A stretch of DNA of 64,000 nt. It comes from Camelus ferus (taxonomy: Eukaryota). Of this stretch, positions 13,210 through 26,500 are shown piece by piece; the first letter of the stretch is position 1, and each line of letters begins with the position of its first letter. The stretch is taken from contig NC_045710.1 in NCBI RefSeq assembly GCF_009834535.1, forward strand, positions 32,860,001 to 32,924,000, written 5' to 3'. The translations under genes and the position numbers were made by a program. The notes under the pieces are model-generated. The model was given only the letters and a program-made list of their open reading frames with translations, was not told the DNA's origin and did no database searches.

Positions 13210-13600
13210 GCCTAAATGATTTTATTTCAGTGTGTTTTTTAGTGCAAGTCACTAGTAATAGAGTCATGTTTTCAGTGGTCTGAAATCCCAAGAGGATTGA
13301 TAGGAAGGAAGTTAGAGGGACTTCATGTGATGAAACCATTGAGTGAGTTGTCCTCCAAGAGCGCCCATCCTGGAATAAAATATCCTTGGGCCATCTTGAT
13401 TCAGAAGTTATTCCCAATATTTTGAGACGCTTAACACAGGCTTTAAAAAATACTGTTTCTGTTAGTGTCATCCCTTTTCTTCTATTGAAATATGGGAGAG
13501 GATTTTGCATCAGCAGTACAGCCCCACTGCTAGGACAGAACCCTGGGTGGCACCAGGTAGGGCTGTGAATGAAGGTGAAACTCAAAGAGCTGGCAGGATC

Positions 13601-13786
13601 GGGGTTGCAGATAAAATACAGGCTGCCCTGCCACCTTGAACTTCACATCAACTCTGCGTAATTTTCGATATAACTCTGTCCCAAATATTGCACTGGACAT
13701 ACTGATACAAGAAAAAAAGTATTGTTTATCTGAAATTGAAATGTAACTGGACATCCTGTGTTTTTATTTTCTAAATCTGGCACCCT
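13601..13786. mobile_element. MER53 palindromic non-autonomous DNA transposon
   Basis: Termini ggggttgcaga / tctggcaccct, centre tgtcccaaatattgcactggaca, and gtttatctgaaattgaaatgtaactggacatcctg; length about 186 bp versus about 190 bp for the recalled consensus. Confidence 0.85.
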
Positions 13787-16700
13787 CACACAGGATGCTT
13801 GGGAAACCTAGACATGTGGACCACAAAGTGACTTTGGAACGTATGGGCAAGGTAGCATGGATTTATCGCAGGTTCTCTCAAGAGCCTGGGCCCTCCTCCT
13901 GGAAGATGAGTTACTGCATCCTCAGGCTCCCTCCGCACTTCTGTTGGCTTTTATTACATCTCCCTCAGTTTGGGAGGGTTTATATATGAGAGATTGTAGC
14001 CTAGAAGGTATTTTATTTGGCTCTCATGCTTTTAGAAGCAAACAAATGTAAGGTCCCAGAGCTTTACCTTTGGGTAAAAAAAAAAAAACAAAAAACACAG
14101 ATTTTCAGTTTTTTTTGAAAAGTGAAAAGTTTATAGTTTCATAGAAAGAAGCCAGTTGTATCTGAACTGAAGTCTTGAAGTCAGAAGATCAGAAGGACTA
14201 CAAATTCCCTGCCTGCAGTGCGCACAATAGGGGTGGGCCCAGCACAGTCCAGGGCAAACCTCAGGGTGTGGGAGAAGGTGAGAAGATAAGTTTTCTGAAC
14301 ACCCTACCCTCCAGTTTTGGAATTTAAAATGTAGCTGAGGACACCAAACTGTCTCACAGGTGAAAATGAAGCAATAGTTTAAAAGTGTGTCTTTGTATTG
14401 ACTGTAGATGAAGTGAGAGTTTTGTGAAGGAAAGATGTGGGCTTGGCCGGGGTCTGGGAGGTTCTGGGTATGCCTTTCGCCGCCAAGAAGCAAACGTCTT
14501 AGCTCCACGCTCAGTGATGATTACTAAATGGCCAGAGCTCACCAGTGGGCTCATCAGGAGGAAAAAGAATCAAGCTAATCTTTGTGGAAGAAGTCTCCCT
14601 GTGACTTGCCTGGATGGCTGGACCACCTGCCCCATGTGCATTCCTCTTCTTAACAACTCACTCCCTCTCCCCTCTGCCCCAGAAGCTCACTTCCTCCCCA
14701 GCCCTGTGTAGGACATGCTCCTGAGAGCAGGGACTTGAGGGGAGCTCGGGGGCAGTCCCTGTGCTGTGAATGTGTGTCACCCGGCCCTGGGTGGGGAGTT
14801 GAACATGCTGGGGAGCTGGATTATGGGGGCCATGTTTGAGGGCCAGGGCATGGTGCTTCTGCTGACTATTGTACAGACACTGGCAGGGACTCCAAGGCTC
14901 TTCTGTGGGCATTGTGACACAGGATCATTGGCTGCCACCAGTGTTAATCACACCACTGGTGCTTGCTGTATCCTGTGGCAACAGTAGCTCCTTGTTAATT
15001 CAGTGGTGCAGGGGGCAGGCAGTATTATGGGCTACTTCATATTGGCTGGGGAAAACCCCAGGTCACTGGCATCCTTGATTTATAGCCAAGCCCCAGGAAC
15101 CTCTTTGTTTCCTCTCCAACATCCCCAGTCCCCCTCCCCACCACCCCCAGATTTGGTATTTGGTAGTGGAAGGAGAGGGAAGCTCCAGTAAAATGTTATT
15201 CCAGAGGTCAAGCAGAATCCTGAATAATGAGTCCATTAGACTCCACGATCAATATCCAGCTTCTAAACATTATGTATATTGATGAGCTGATTGCTAGGAG
15301 ACAAGTGCTGAGGGAATTGGAATCCATTTTACTGGGGCCAAATTGGTTGTTGATGGGCTATAGTAGACTGTGACTTTAATAATCAGCCAAAAGCATCCTG
15401 CAGTCCAGTAAAACACAGCTTCAGCACATGGGAGCCCTCGTGTGCTTTCGTGAAAGCCAGGTGGAGCAGGGCTTTCGCTGGGCCCTGCATCTTGGCCCTG
15501 CAGGCTCTTCCTAAGGGACAGGTGGGCTGACCAGGGCCCCGCTGAAGCCTCTGCTGGTGCTGAGATGAACAGAGACAGGCTGGGAGGGTGGAGACGAGGG
15601 GATAAACCTTCCAGCTGTGGTATGTGCTAAAGCGTGTGTGAGGACTGGCTCTTGGCCCTCGTGGTCTGTGCGCACATCCTTATCTGAACTGCTGACCCAG
15701 AGCTCTTTTCAGGACACGCAGAGTCAGAAACTGAGTGAGATGTGGTTCCCATAATGGCAAAGCGTTCCCTTTAAGGTCTTTTTGTCCAAGAGGCTAAGTG
15801 GGAGGAAGTCTGTGTTTGTACACAGCATGATGTTCAAGTGTGTGTGTATGTGTACACGTGTGCAGGGGGAGGGCTGCTTTCAATGAAGCACTTCAACCTT
15901 CCTCCCCCACCCACACGTCCCAGGTGTGGAGCATGACATGGTTTCCCAGAACACACTGGAATCTAGTATAAACCCTCCTAATTAGCTGGGCCAGAGCTGG
16001 TCAGCCAGTCACGAAGGCCAAGTGGAAGAGTCTTGATGCCTCTTGGATATCTCCTCGTTTGGGCGGCTGCTGGGCAGAGAGAAGCTGCATCCGGGGGTCT
16101 AGTGCTGCTCACTGGGCAGAGACGGCTTTGCCTGGGCCAGGGCACTGCCAAGTTACAGAGAACCGGTTTCTGGAGGCAGGAAGTTGCAGGTAATTAGGTT
16201 AATTAAACCCTTACAGCTCTCCAGCTGGAGAATGGCTCAGATACTCTGGAGATTTAAAATCGTGCGTTTACTAAAACAAAGCTCAACGCCCACAATTAAA
16301 CTGAGGTGAGCCCTTTCTCCTTATGGCGCTGTGCTTGGCTGAGCTCAGTGTAATTTGGGTGGAGGAGGGTTAAGGTTTCCCATGTTCTCTCTGAAAATCT
16401 TCCTGATTCTGAACTCAGGCCTGGCTGGTGTGACCCTGGGTCATTCCTTAGTCTTACCCTCTGCTGGGCTAAGTGGGGGGCAGCTGCTTCTGCCTCACCA
16501 GAGTGCTGTGTTCCTCCATGTGGCCCCTGGCTAAGGGGCAGCAGGAGCAGAGGCCACGCTCTGTTGCTGCTGGCCCACCACCCTCTGTCAGGCAAGAGCT
16601 CTGGGCATCAGTGTTCCAGCAGCTTCTGAGATGCCTGGCTGGGTTAGCAAGGCCTGCAGAGGCCCAGGCATCCCTAACTGGAACCCCTGTTGGAGATTGC

Positions 16701-17584
16701 TCCCACCCACCACTCGGCTGGACCAGTGTTTGGCCGGGTGTCTGCCCAGAGGGACAACACTGGGCTTCCCCTCATCAGTACAGGCTCAGAAGACCTGGTG
16801 GAGGCCCTGGGTGCATGAGGGGGCGCAGATGACCTCCCTCCCCTTGCCCCCTCCAGGCACTATGCTGGGCGGTGCCCCCGGGCTACTCCAGAACAAGGTA
16901 GGGGAGGGGTAAACTTGAGGAAGAGGGAAGAAAGGCAGTCAGAGGGACCCAAATGCATTTAACTGCTAAAGAGCAAAGGTTAAAATCCTTGAAGTGATTG
17001 GATCAGCAATGGAGGAGGAAGCCAGCAAGAGAGAGGAAAATTGAGTCTTAAATATAACGGAGCATCTGACTGGGAGTGAAAGGGTTTTAAGTGGACTGGC
17101 AGTTGGCCAAGGGAGAAATAAATCGGCCCCCTATTGAACAACTTTCAGGAATTAAGGCAGGCCAATTGGATATTGAGGAAACATTTGAATGTACTGATTA
17201 TGTTTGGGTTCAGAGGTGAAGAAACGTCTTTGAGGCCCTGCTATGTTTTCTGAAGAGCTTCTGGAGTGCATTTCCCCACAGAATTAGGAAAAAATTGGAC
17301 TCCACTGGATTTATCCCTGGTGGGAAGGTAACCTTGGTGGAATACATTTCCCTGAGGGCTTCCCCACAAGTCTTGCAAGACTTTCCCTGGGGTAGAGGTG
17401 GCTGGCGAGGGTGTGGCTGACTCTTGTCTTGCACACACCTGTGTTTTCCCCCAAAGCCAGTCTACATGGCTTTGATTGTTCTGCAGACTGTTTTATCCTC
17501 GGATTAGGAGCAGCAGCCTAGAGCAGTGGGAGGCTTGGCTCCCAGGCCAGGATCTGCTCTGGGCTTCCTCTCCAGGGCCGAGCA

Positions 17585-17800
17585 GAGCAGACCTGGAGCC
17601 TACCTGGCGTCCCAGTGTCCCTCTGGCCCTTTCCCACCTGGGTGACCATGAGCAAACTCCTTGCCTCTCTGGGTCCCGGGGTCTCATCCTAATAAACTGG
17701 GCACACCAGTAGTGTTTGCTTCATAGCCTTGTGCTGATTAGATAGGTTAGTATTTATAAAGTGCTGAGAACAGTGCCTGACATCTATAGTAATAAATAAA
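17585..17800 (+). mobile_element. MIR SINE
   Basis: gtgaccatgagcaaactccttgcctctctggg...aaagtgctgagaacagtgcctgaca...aataaa. Confidence 0.8.
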
Positions 17801-19349
17801 ACCTTGTTCAAAATGATTTCTAATGTCCTCTCCCAGGTTTCATTTCCTTTAATTCTGTTTCATTTTATCCTGCCAAACCTCTAAGGTGGGGGTTGGTGGT
17901 CATCACTTGATTTTGAATAGAAGAAAAGCACATGGAGAGTTTTGGATGTGTTTTCCAGAGTGCAGGTCTGATGGGCAGGGAGGGAAGCCAAGAACGGGAG
18001 CACTAGACCACACAGCCTTCAGAAGGGGAGGGAATTGCAGTGGCCCTGATGTCTCTCAATTTCCCCTCAGTGTCCCAGTCTTGGTATTGGCTGCAGGGGC
18101 CCCTCTTCAGGCACAGGATGAAGACAAGGGAATAGATTATAAAGCAACTCAGAGGCATTGGGTAGAAATAAGTGCTGAAGAGGCAGCCAGGCCCCTGGTG
18201 GTGGGAGGAGGATGGCAATGCAGGCCCAGAAGTTGCTCAGCCTGGAGGGAGGGAGGGGAAGGCCTCCAGGGTCTCAGATTGGAGGCACAGAGTGCAGCCT
18301 GCTCTGAGTGCTGTGGGAGTGTGACTGGAAGTGATGGCTTCAGCCTCTTGTGCCCTTTGGACAAGGCCTAGTGAACTGGAAAGGTGCATTTCCACAAAAG
18401 GGCCGACCCACAGGTTGTCCTGGGTGGAGAGGAGGAGAAAGCTGTCCTTTGAAGGGGCCAATCTAGCCCATCAGCTTCTTGCTGAAAACCGGCCTGGCCT
18501 GCGTGGGGCTCCTGCTCCTGATCGGCTGATCAGGATTAAGGCAGAAGGGAGAAGTTCACCAAACACTCCACCAAAGAGTCTCATCACTGCCCTACTCCCT
18601 AGCTCTTGGGTACCAGAGCAGGGCCTTCTCAAACATTAATTGTGCTGGAGTAATCAGGGCATCGCATTACGAGGCAGACTCTGACCCAGGGTCTGGCTGC
18701 CAGCTCTGTGTGTGTGTCTGCCCAGCTCCCAGTCTTGCTGAGGCTGCTGTTCACGGACCTTGTCTGAGATGTGCGGGTCTAGAGGGTGCATGGCCTGGTC
18801 TGGATGTCTTTACTTTCAAGAGCCCCCCCTCCTCTGTGCTGGTTCTGTGTTCCTTCTCACACTCACAGGTTTCTCAACACCAGCCAGATGGGAGCAAGAC
18901 TGAATAAAGCTTATGAGGTCCCACTGGGGCAAAGTGGAGGACCTTTCTGAGCGAGCGTTACTCTGCTTGCCTGGAAAGGACTGACCTTCAGGGTGGCAAA
19001 ACTCTGGAGAGAGGGGAGCAGGCAGGCCATCAGGGCAACTGGCAAGCTTGTGCCTCCCGCCCCCTTCCTCTGAGCCCTGCAGTCATCTGTTCAGGCAGCT
19101 TTCTACTTAGCACTCTGATTTCTGTGTCCAATCGATTGGCCGCTCTTTGTGCCACGCAAAAATGCATGACTGAGTTTTGACCTTGAAGCCAGCCAGCCAT
19201 GCAGGCTTCTGTCTTTGAACTTAGAAAAAGGTTGGGGAAGAAAAACAGCAAACTATATTGCCAAAATTATTGTTGTCATTAGTAAGGCAAACTCTTTGCA
19301 TTAAATCCTGTAATTGTTAATATGATAATACCACTCCCTTCCATTTGTG

Positions 19350-19515
19350 GATTATATTATGTTTTACAAAACAGTTTCACAGTCATTATCTCATTTGATA
19401 CTCAAACTGCCATTATGAGATGAAAGAAGATCTTCGTCCCCAGGAAACTGGGGCTCACATTGGTTTAGGAGCTTGCTGAAGATCACAGAGCAGTGGGTAA
19501 CAGAACTGGGATGCG
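19350..19515 (-). mobile_element. MIR SINE
   Basis: cattatctcatttgatactcaaa...ggaaactggggctcaca...ttgctgaagatcacagagcagtgggtaacagaactggga. Confidence 0.7.
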
Positions 19516-20684
19516 TGCACATCTTATTATAGTGATGCTGATAATTCTGTAGACTTGCTGATGCTGTGGGTCATAATCGGCCCCATCCCAGACATTATGA
19601 TTCCATACCAAGGAAGACTGTTAAGGTGTGGCCAGCCTGTAGCTGGGTATTAGGACTGTTCCTGAAATGATACTGGTTATATTGTTCTTAGAGTACATAG
19701 CTGAGAATGCTGTGAAGTTTAAAAAGTGTTAAAATAGTAACTAAAGCAAACAAAATCAGCAAAAGCAAATAAAGCCATAGGGAAATAAGCTAGAAAATGT
19801 GTTTTAAATTATTCAGCCTGTCGTCCCCCTCCCCCCCCACCCCCGGCTCACACACGCACACTGTGCTTAGTGTGTTTTCCTGGCAAGGTTAACCTACAGG
19901 GAAGGATTTATAAAAGTCATCCAGGCCAGGGTCAGTCATGCACTGCTTGTTGGAGTCATTCCTGGAACGTCCCCTCTGGGTCACCATACCTGTGCCTTTG
20001 GGTAGGCATTCCAAGCCACTGCCCATGACAAGGTAGGACAAACACTTGGACAACCACAACTTAATTTTCCCCAAACTTTTAGGCACTTATTCCACATGCT
20101 ACTCGGAATTGCCATGGAGACAGTCTAATGCCTCCTCCCTCAAATAGAACTGGAATCTCACTTCTGCATATGTGCAAGATAGAAGTGACAGTGGCACTTC
20201 TGTAAAGGGCCCTTTCCAGTAACCTGCCCCCCAACCCTGCCTGCCAGCCGAGTGCCCAGGAATGTGTGAGCAGGGCACCTGAACTCACGCTGCAGGGTAC
20301 TTAAAAAAACAAAACAAAACATCTAATAAGTAAAATCACTTCTAAGTCCCATTTGTAGTTAATGATTCTAGGAATGCCACTGCTAAGTTGCTGGGTTTTT
20401 TTTTAAAAAAAAAAGTCACCACGCACAATGGGAGCCTCCCCACAGATTGGTCTCTGAAGGCCATTGTCACTGTAGACTGGTTGTTCTGGAATCCTGACCA
20501 CCAGCTGTGTGCATAGTCCCAGGCTGGAAGCAACTGGGAAGTGGGAGGAGACAGTGGTGAGGGGTCTAGAGAGCCCTGAAACTGGGGCCAAGTAGGCTCT
20601 CTCAATTCTAGTGCTGCCTGGGGGCTCAGCCGTGTGATGGGGAGGGGAACTGAGGGTACCTGGTGCACCTGGGCAGGTGGCGGT

Positions 20685-20835
20685 CAGGTCCTAACTTTTC
20701 CACTTACCAGCTCAGGGTCTTTGGGTGAGTTTCTTAGTATCTCAGAGCTTAGCTGCTTTCTTCTTCCTCAGGAAGGTGGTTATGAGCATTACACGACATG
20801 GTGTGTGTTGAAGAAGCACAAAACAGGTGCTCAGG
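20685..20835 (+). mobile_element. MIR SINE
   Basis: ccacttaccagctcagggtctttgggtgagtttcttagtatctcagagc. Confidence 0.65.
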
Positions 20836-22044
20836 GGACCTGAGTTCCTTCCTCTCCTTCCCACCTATTAGAGGAGGGTGGAGGGGACAGAAGGAAGGTT
20901 CTGAGGCTGGGCAAGAACACAGCCGAGGCTTGGGGTTGAAACTGCAGGCAGGATGGAGCTGTGGGCAGTCCCAGAGAGGTGCTGGACAGAGACCCATTTT
21001 GAACCCCTGGCCCAGTGGCCAACCACGTGGTGCGAGGGCCTGTGGAGAGTGTGTGCTGAGGGCAGTTGTTGAGGGTCACATCCATGTGGAAGAGGAGTGG
21101 GAGACGGGAAATGGGAACTAGAGTAAGAAGTGATGCTGATCACAAAATGAAAAACTGGAACGGCTCTTTCCCAGGGGGGATATTTTCCACGTTGGAGAGC
21201 TGGGCTGTTGGCAGCTCACATCTGTGCACCGTGGTTCAAACTTAAGGCTTGGGCATTCCAGTCTTACTGTCCCAAGAGATGCTGATCACTGGTGTTTCAA
21301 ATTGCCTCTGACTAGAATCCAAGGAAAATGCTTATCAGTCAACATTAAGATCTGGGTCATTTAAAACAAACAAGAAAAAGCTGTCTTTTCCTCTAAATGC
21401 CTTCCCCAGCCCCACCACTACACAGCTCTCCCTACCAGTACTGAAGAAGCTAATCACTGAGGAAGTGGGCTGTGGTGTGAACAGCACCTGCACGGTGCTG
21501 GATGATGCTCTGCCTGTCCAGAGGCACTGCATTATGCACACACAGCGTGACCGTCTCTCAGGATAATGGGTCAATGAATCCCAAATGTGCCTGAGCGGCT
21601 GTGACTCTCCAATTCCAGGAGGCCAAGCCCCTGGGCTGCATGTGGTCTCGTTTCCCCTAAACCCTGGAGACCAAATAAGAAATTACTTTGCAGAAGTGTT
21701 CTTTGTAAGCCTTGCCTGGAGGCAGAGGATAGATTAATTAGATGGCCACTTGGAATCTCTTGTCAGTCCCATTTTCTGAGACTCCAGGAATCCTCCAGGC
21801 CAAAGGATCACTGGACAGCTCATGTCTCTGGTTTCCTGGACTAGAGACAGTGTGGTACAGTGGTTACAGACAGGGGCATTGACAAACTAGAGAAAAATAG
21901 AGAATTTTGGGGTTGCCTGGGATCCAGGAGAATCCTGCCCAAACCTTTTGGCAGCTGAGTTTAAGGTAGCATTTTGGGGCTTTCTCTCTCCACCAGAGAG
22001 GCTTCTTATCAGGGGGACATGTTGGTCGAAGTATTAAGAATGAT

Positions 22045-22160
22045 ACTGGTAATAAAACAAAAATTTTCTAAAGTACTTTCATAGTCCTGTTGGATCTTTA
22101 CAATACTCTGATAGGCAGGGAGGGTGTTATCCCAAGTCAGATGAGGTGAGAGGTAAGTGT
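22045..22160 (-). mobile_element. MIR SINE fragment
   Basis: tggatctttacaatactctgataggcagggagggtgttatcccaagtcagatgagg. Confidence 0.55.
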
Positions 22161-23234
22161 CCTGCCTGGAACCACACGGCTAGCTAGTGACAGATGGGGG
22201 CCACATAATCCGAGCCTCCCAGCGGCAGGGCAGCGGCACTGCCCTCTGAGTGCACTCCAGGTGTGAGCAGGATAAGGGAAGACATGGAAAGAAGGGACAT
22301 CAAGTATGGCCATCACCGTGGGCCTGCTCTGCTTCAGTTGCATGGCGGATGGGGCTCTGCCTTGTACCCTCCTGCCTGGTGGGTGGTGACCCTGATTGCA
22401 GAGAGTGAGTCTCAGTCTTTGTCAGGGAGGTGTCTGACAGCTCCTGGCAGTGGGAATAATTCAGGAGGCTGGAAGGAGCTTCCTGGGGGACGGTGAGAGA
22501 CAGGCTTTGCAGCTGGCACTGAGTGGTCTCAGAAATGCACCTTAGAAGCATCTCTTGCTAGAAACCACCACTGGAGCACCAGGACACCTTATTGGCCTCT
22601 GGCTTCAGCCAGATGGAACTTGAAGGCTTCCAACACAGAGTAGATTTCAAAGGAAGAGCTTTGACAAGAAGAGTCTGTGAGCTTGAAGGCTTTGGAAATG
22701 ACAAAATAGGCTTATTTAGCTCAGGAATCTGGAAAGGGGCCATGTGGATGTTTACTTCCTTGGAGGCCTCCTGAGGGCCACCAACAAACCCATGCCAGAG
22801 CCTGGAATGAGTGTCAAGCCCACACCTCACTGGGCCACTCTGGGGACACAGCAGTGAGATGGTGGCATTGTTGAAATGCATGGAATTGGCACTCAGGAGC
22901 CACTTCGCTTAATGAGGGAGCTGGACAGGTCTTCCCTGACCCCTGGGTTCAAGGAATAGGAGGACAGAGCCTGTGAGCACTGTGTGTGAGGAGAAGGCAC
23001 AGTCAGACACTAAGGAGGTGCTGCTGAGAAGTGGTTCCTTTCATTCAGTGAGGCAAGAGGTTTGGCCCCTGGTCCAGACTCTGCTCAGTGGAACACTGGG
23101 ATCCTGGTGTTCCTTAGATTAAGCAGCTCTCAGATGGGAATCATCTGAAGTCTTTGAGGCCCAGCCTAATCTCTCTAGCCCCAGTTTTCAGGACTTGTGG
23201 CTCAAAGACCCACTTCAGCATCAGTAGACCAGTT

Positions 23235-23420
23235 TATCCATCTACCTATCCATCTCCTCACTCAGTCACTCAGACAGCTCTGATACATTGAGCACAGTCC
23301 TAGGCTTTCGGGGAATGTAGCCTGCAGACATTGCCCCTGCCATCCAGGTGTTTTGTGTAGTCAGAGAGAGGAGCCAGATGTATAAATAGATGTGTTATAG
23401 TGCAATACAGTGTGTATCTC
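23235..23420 (-). mobile_element. L2 3' end fragment
   Basis: (ccat)-like tail, then acagtcctaggctttcggggaatgtagcctgcagacattgcccctgcc. Confidence 0.55.
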
Positions 23421-23849
23421 TCATCCCTGATGGTTCTAGGACTCTTGTGATAATGCCAGCCAGAGAAACTTGAGTGTCTCTTCCTCAAGTCCTAGAAAAA
23501 CAAGGATCCCTCCCCTATCTTTTTTCTGATGCAGAATTTGTGGCCTACAAACTTAATGGAGCCTGGTACTTTTCTTCCTGGGTAGAAACCATTAACAGTG
23601 CCAAGAGCTGTTAATGAATGCAGTTTTGTCTGCATGTGGAGCAAAGTGTAATTCACGTTCTGGTTTCTGAAATAACTTGGTGACTTAAATTATAAATATG
23701 CGTACAGTATCGTGCTAGGTGCTATGAGGGTACTAAGGCATTTACTGCGTAATGATTTAGGAGATAATAAATCCAAATGTGAGTTCAAAAATAATGCTGC
23801 AAGCCAGATGGATGATAAATGCCAGAAGGCCTGGAATAGCTAATAGATG

Positions 23850-24420
23850 GGTGGATGGTAGGGGCTACCTCTGGGAACACAAGAGAAAGTGACAAGCTCT
23901 GTTTGAACATATATAGAGTTGGCTATGTCTTAGAGACATCATAACCAGAGGGCAGGTGGATCTCTGGGTCTAGAGCTGGGAAGAGAGCTCTGTGCTGTAG
24001 TTTCTCCACTTGGGGATTAATATTTGGAGGACTGGATGCCATGGTGGTCTGGGAAGTGTGTATAGAAAGAATTAGACAGGAAGCTCGGCCAAGGACAGAG
24101 CCTGAGGAAGCCCCAAGTGCACGGCGTGGGCAAAGATTGACCAGAGGAGCCGGTGTGAGATGGTAGAGTTGGGTGGGTGCTGGTCCCTAGACCAAAGAGC
24201 ATTTTAAGAACGAAGGAGGTAGTTAACAGTTTCACATATTTAAGAGTGATGACCATGAAAATGGAACAGCAGCCAGATGGGATCCTGGTGTCCTTGGGGA
24301 GAGCAGTTGCAAGGGAAAGTCAAAGGCAGAGGCCAGAGTGCCCTAGAAAAGAGGGGCAGTGAAAGAGTGGAAAGTGCAGGGAGACCCCACTGTCAGGACT
24401 GTCAGGGAGGAGAGCGCATG
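23850..24420 (-). mobile_element. L2 internal 3' region
   Basis: tttgaacatatatagagtt...ggatctctgggtctagagctgggaagagag...gccaaggacagagcctgaggaagcccc...ggtgtccttggggagagcagttgca is collinear with the recalled antisense L2 consensus. Confidence 0.75.
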
Positions 24421-24657
24421 GGTGAGATCTTTAGTATCTCCACTATGAAGGTGGCGATTGTTATTTTATGTTTACAGAGGAGACGAGTTCAGAGAGATGA
24501 AATAATTTGCCCTTTTCTACATTACTATAATAAACAGAGACCCCCACTCCACCCCAATAAAGGTTATTATTGAAAATATTTCCAAAGGTGTTGCAAAAAA
24601 GAAAGTGGCAGAGTGGGAATTCACATTCCAGGAATTTTGGCTCCAAAATATAGATCT

Positions 24658-24812
24658 TTGCTACTCAAAGTGTGGTCCAGGGGCTGGTAACATGGGCATC
24701 ACCTGGGGCCTGGTTAGAAATGCAGATTCTCAGATCCCACCCAGAATCTTCATCTTAACCAGATCCAAGTGATGCACGTGCACATTGAAGTGTGAGATTC
24801 CATGTGCTGCTC
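24658..24812. mobile_element. MER5A/MER5B-type hAT-Charlie element
   Basis: gctactcaaagtgtggtcc...gcatcacctggggcctggttagaaatgcagattctcagatcccacccaga...cacattgaagtgtgaga. Confidence 0.85.
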
Positions 24813-25486
24813 TGGGCTTTCCCCTACACCAGATCTTAGTACTCTTGAGTATCAGGTAAGGAGGACCTGAATTATGAGGTTGACTTAAAAGGAGAGAAAT
24901 GGGTAGGAGAGGCATGCAACTTCCCCCTTTCTCTGAGTGGTGCAAGGCATCTGTGTATCCTCTGCTGACCTTGAAGAGCTCACCTTCCACCTAAGCCCTT
25001 CCACCTAGCCTGGGCCACAGTGGCCTCCTTCACCATAGGATGATGGTGCACGCTGGGCTCTGGGCAAGCTTTGCTACATTTTTAATTAATGGCCATTTTC
25101 TTCAAATAATAATGCAGATACAAAAGAAAACACCCTTTCAATTGCTAGCATAATTAAGCTGCATAGATTAGTCTGATCTTTGCTACCTCTCCAAAGCCCT
25201 CCAAGGGAAGATAACTCATGTGCATGGAGATTTGCTCAGATGTTTTGCTTCTGAAGGATTCAGTAACTGCCTACCTGTGATGTTTTTAAATTACAACAAC
25301 CACCTCTTCGAATACTTGTGTTTTGAAAAGCACTCCCTCAAGCTTCTGTTTGCTCCCTTCTCACCTGTACCTAAAACAACCAGACCACATGCCAAATGCC
25401 AAGAGAATCTAAACCCATGGCTGTGGAATCTAAACCCACTCTCTTTTTCTCACCTTTACTTTCTGTTTCTTGGCGGTTATGTAGTG

Positions 25487-25710
25487 CAGTGTTTCCATGA
25501 GTTGGTGGTGAAATGAATTCAGTGGGCCTCAACCAACATTTTAAAAAAATATGCAGAAAGAAATAGAAGATACCAAAGTGCATTACATGCAGTAGGGGTG
25601 ACAATTGTGTAAAACTTCAGTTTCAGTTATGTACATATGTGTATCTTGAATTTCTATGCAAAGATGATTTCCATGCCATGAGTCACTGTCAAAAAGTATG
25701 AGAGCCACTG
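25487..25710. mobile_element. hAT-Charlie non-autonomous DNA transposon (subfamily not assigned)
   Basis: CAGTG termini (cagtgtttcc ... gagagccactg) around gtgaaatgaattcagtgggcctcaaccaacattttaaaaaaa...tttcagttatgtacatatgtgt. Confidence 0.65.
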
Positions 25711-26374
25711 ATCCATTTCAATGGTTCCCTATGTATAGAATCATTGAAATCATAGAATTTTTTAAATTACCTATTTCCAGGCCAATTTCCCATCAGTTTC
25801 AGTAATTTGTATTTAAAAGTATTCCCAAAGATTCCAGCCATCAGCCATGTTTAAGGTCTGCTGGTCTGGTTCAAATGCCCACCCCAAAGAGAATTCCTTT
25901 TAAAATTATTTCTAGCAGGTGACAATCAAGTCTCTGGGTGCCAGCATTCTCTCACTATTCGCACCAGGCACATGTACGAGGAGCCTAATTTGTTAGCATG
26001 ATTCTGCACAAAACAGCACGCAGCCCAGGCCTTGTGGGATGCGCTTTCTCATTAGAAATTTCTCCTGGGGGCTGATCCAAACCCTGGCTTGCCTGTAGCT
26101 TTCACTCTTGCAGGTTTTGGTCAATCCTCTGGAGCTCTACAGAGCACATCTGTCATGCCTTCCACACTGACAGCCCTCCAGAGACTAGAGAGGCTTTTTT
26201 CTCTTAAACCTTTCTTTTTCTCTAGCGGAGCAATTCCAGGGTCTTAAATCATCCCTCATCGGTAATGGTAGCAACCCTCCTCCTCATCCTACTTCAGCAT
26301 CTCTGAACTACTCTTGTCAAAGGAAGAAACACAGTTCACTGAATACAGTATAAACAGTACCGTGAGCAAGGAGT

Positions 26375-26500
26375 TCTGCTTCTGTTAGAACCGGTGATGT
26401 GACCCTGGACTAAGCCACCTCGTCTCTCTGGTCCTGGGCTTCCTCCTTTGTAAGTGAGGCTACTTGGCTGAGTGACCCACTTTACAAAGTTCTGGTTTTA
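26375..26500 (+). mobile_element. MIR/MIR3 core fragment
   Basis: gtgatgtgaccctggactaagccacctcgtctctctggtcctgggcttcctcctttgtaa. Confidence 0.55.

Noticed and set aside
13061-13585. 174-aa ORF
   Set aside because: Non-ATG start, overlaps a MER103C-like element, and the composition looks random.
20396-20414. TnAn palindromes (also about 5645, 31343, 61514 and 63910)
   Set aside because: Common products of homopolymer slippage and retroposon tails; no further structure.
26226-26363. Plus-strand exon candidate (tttctctAG ... ACC|GTGAGC)
   Set aside because: Stops in all three frames, a moderate donor and adjacency to a MIR fragment; not distinguishable from a pseudo-exon.
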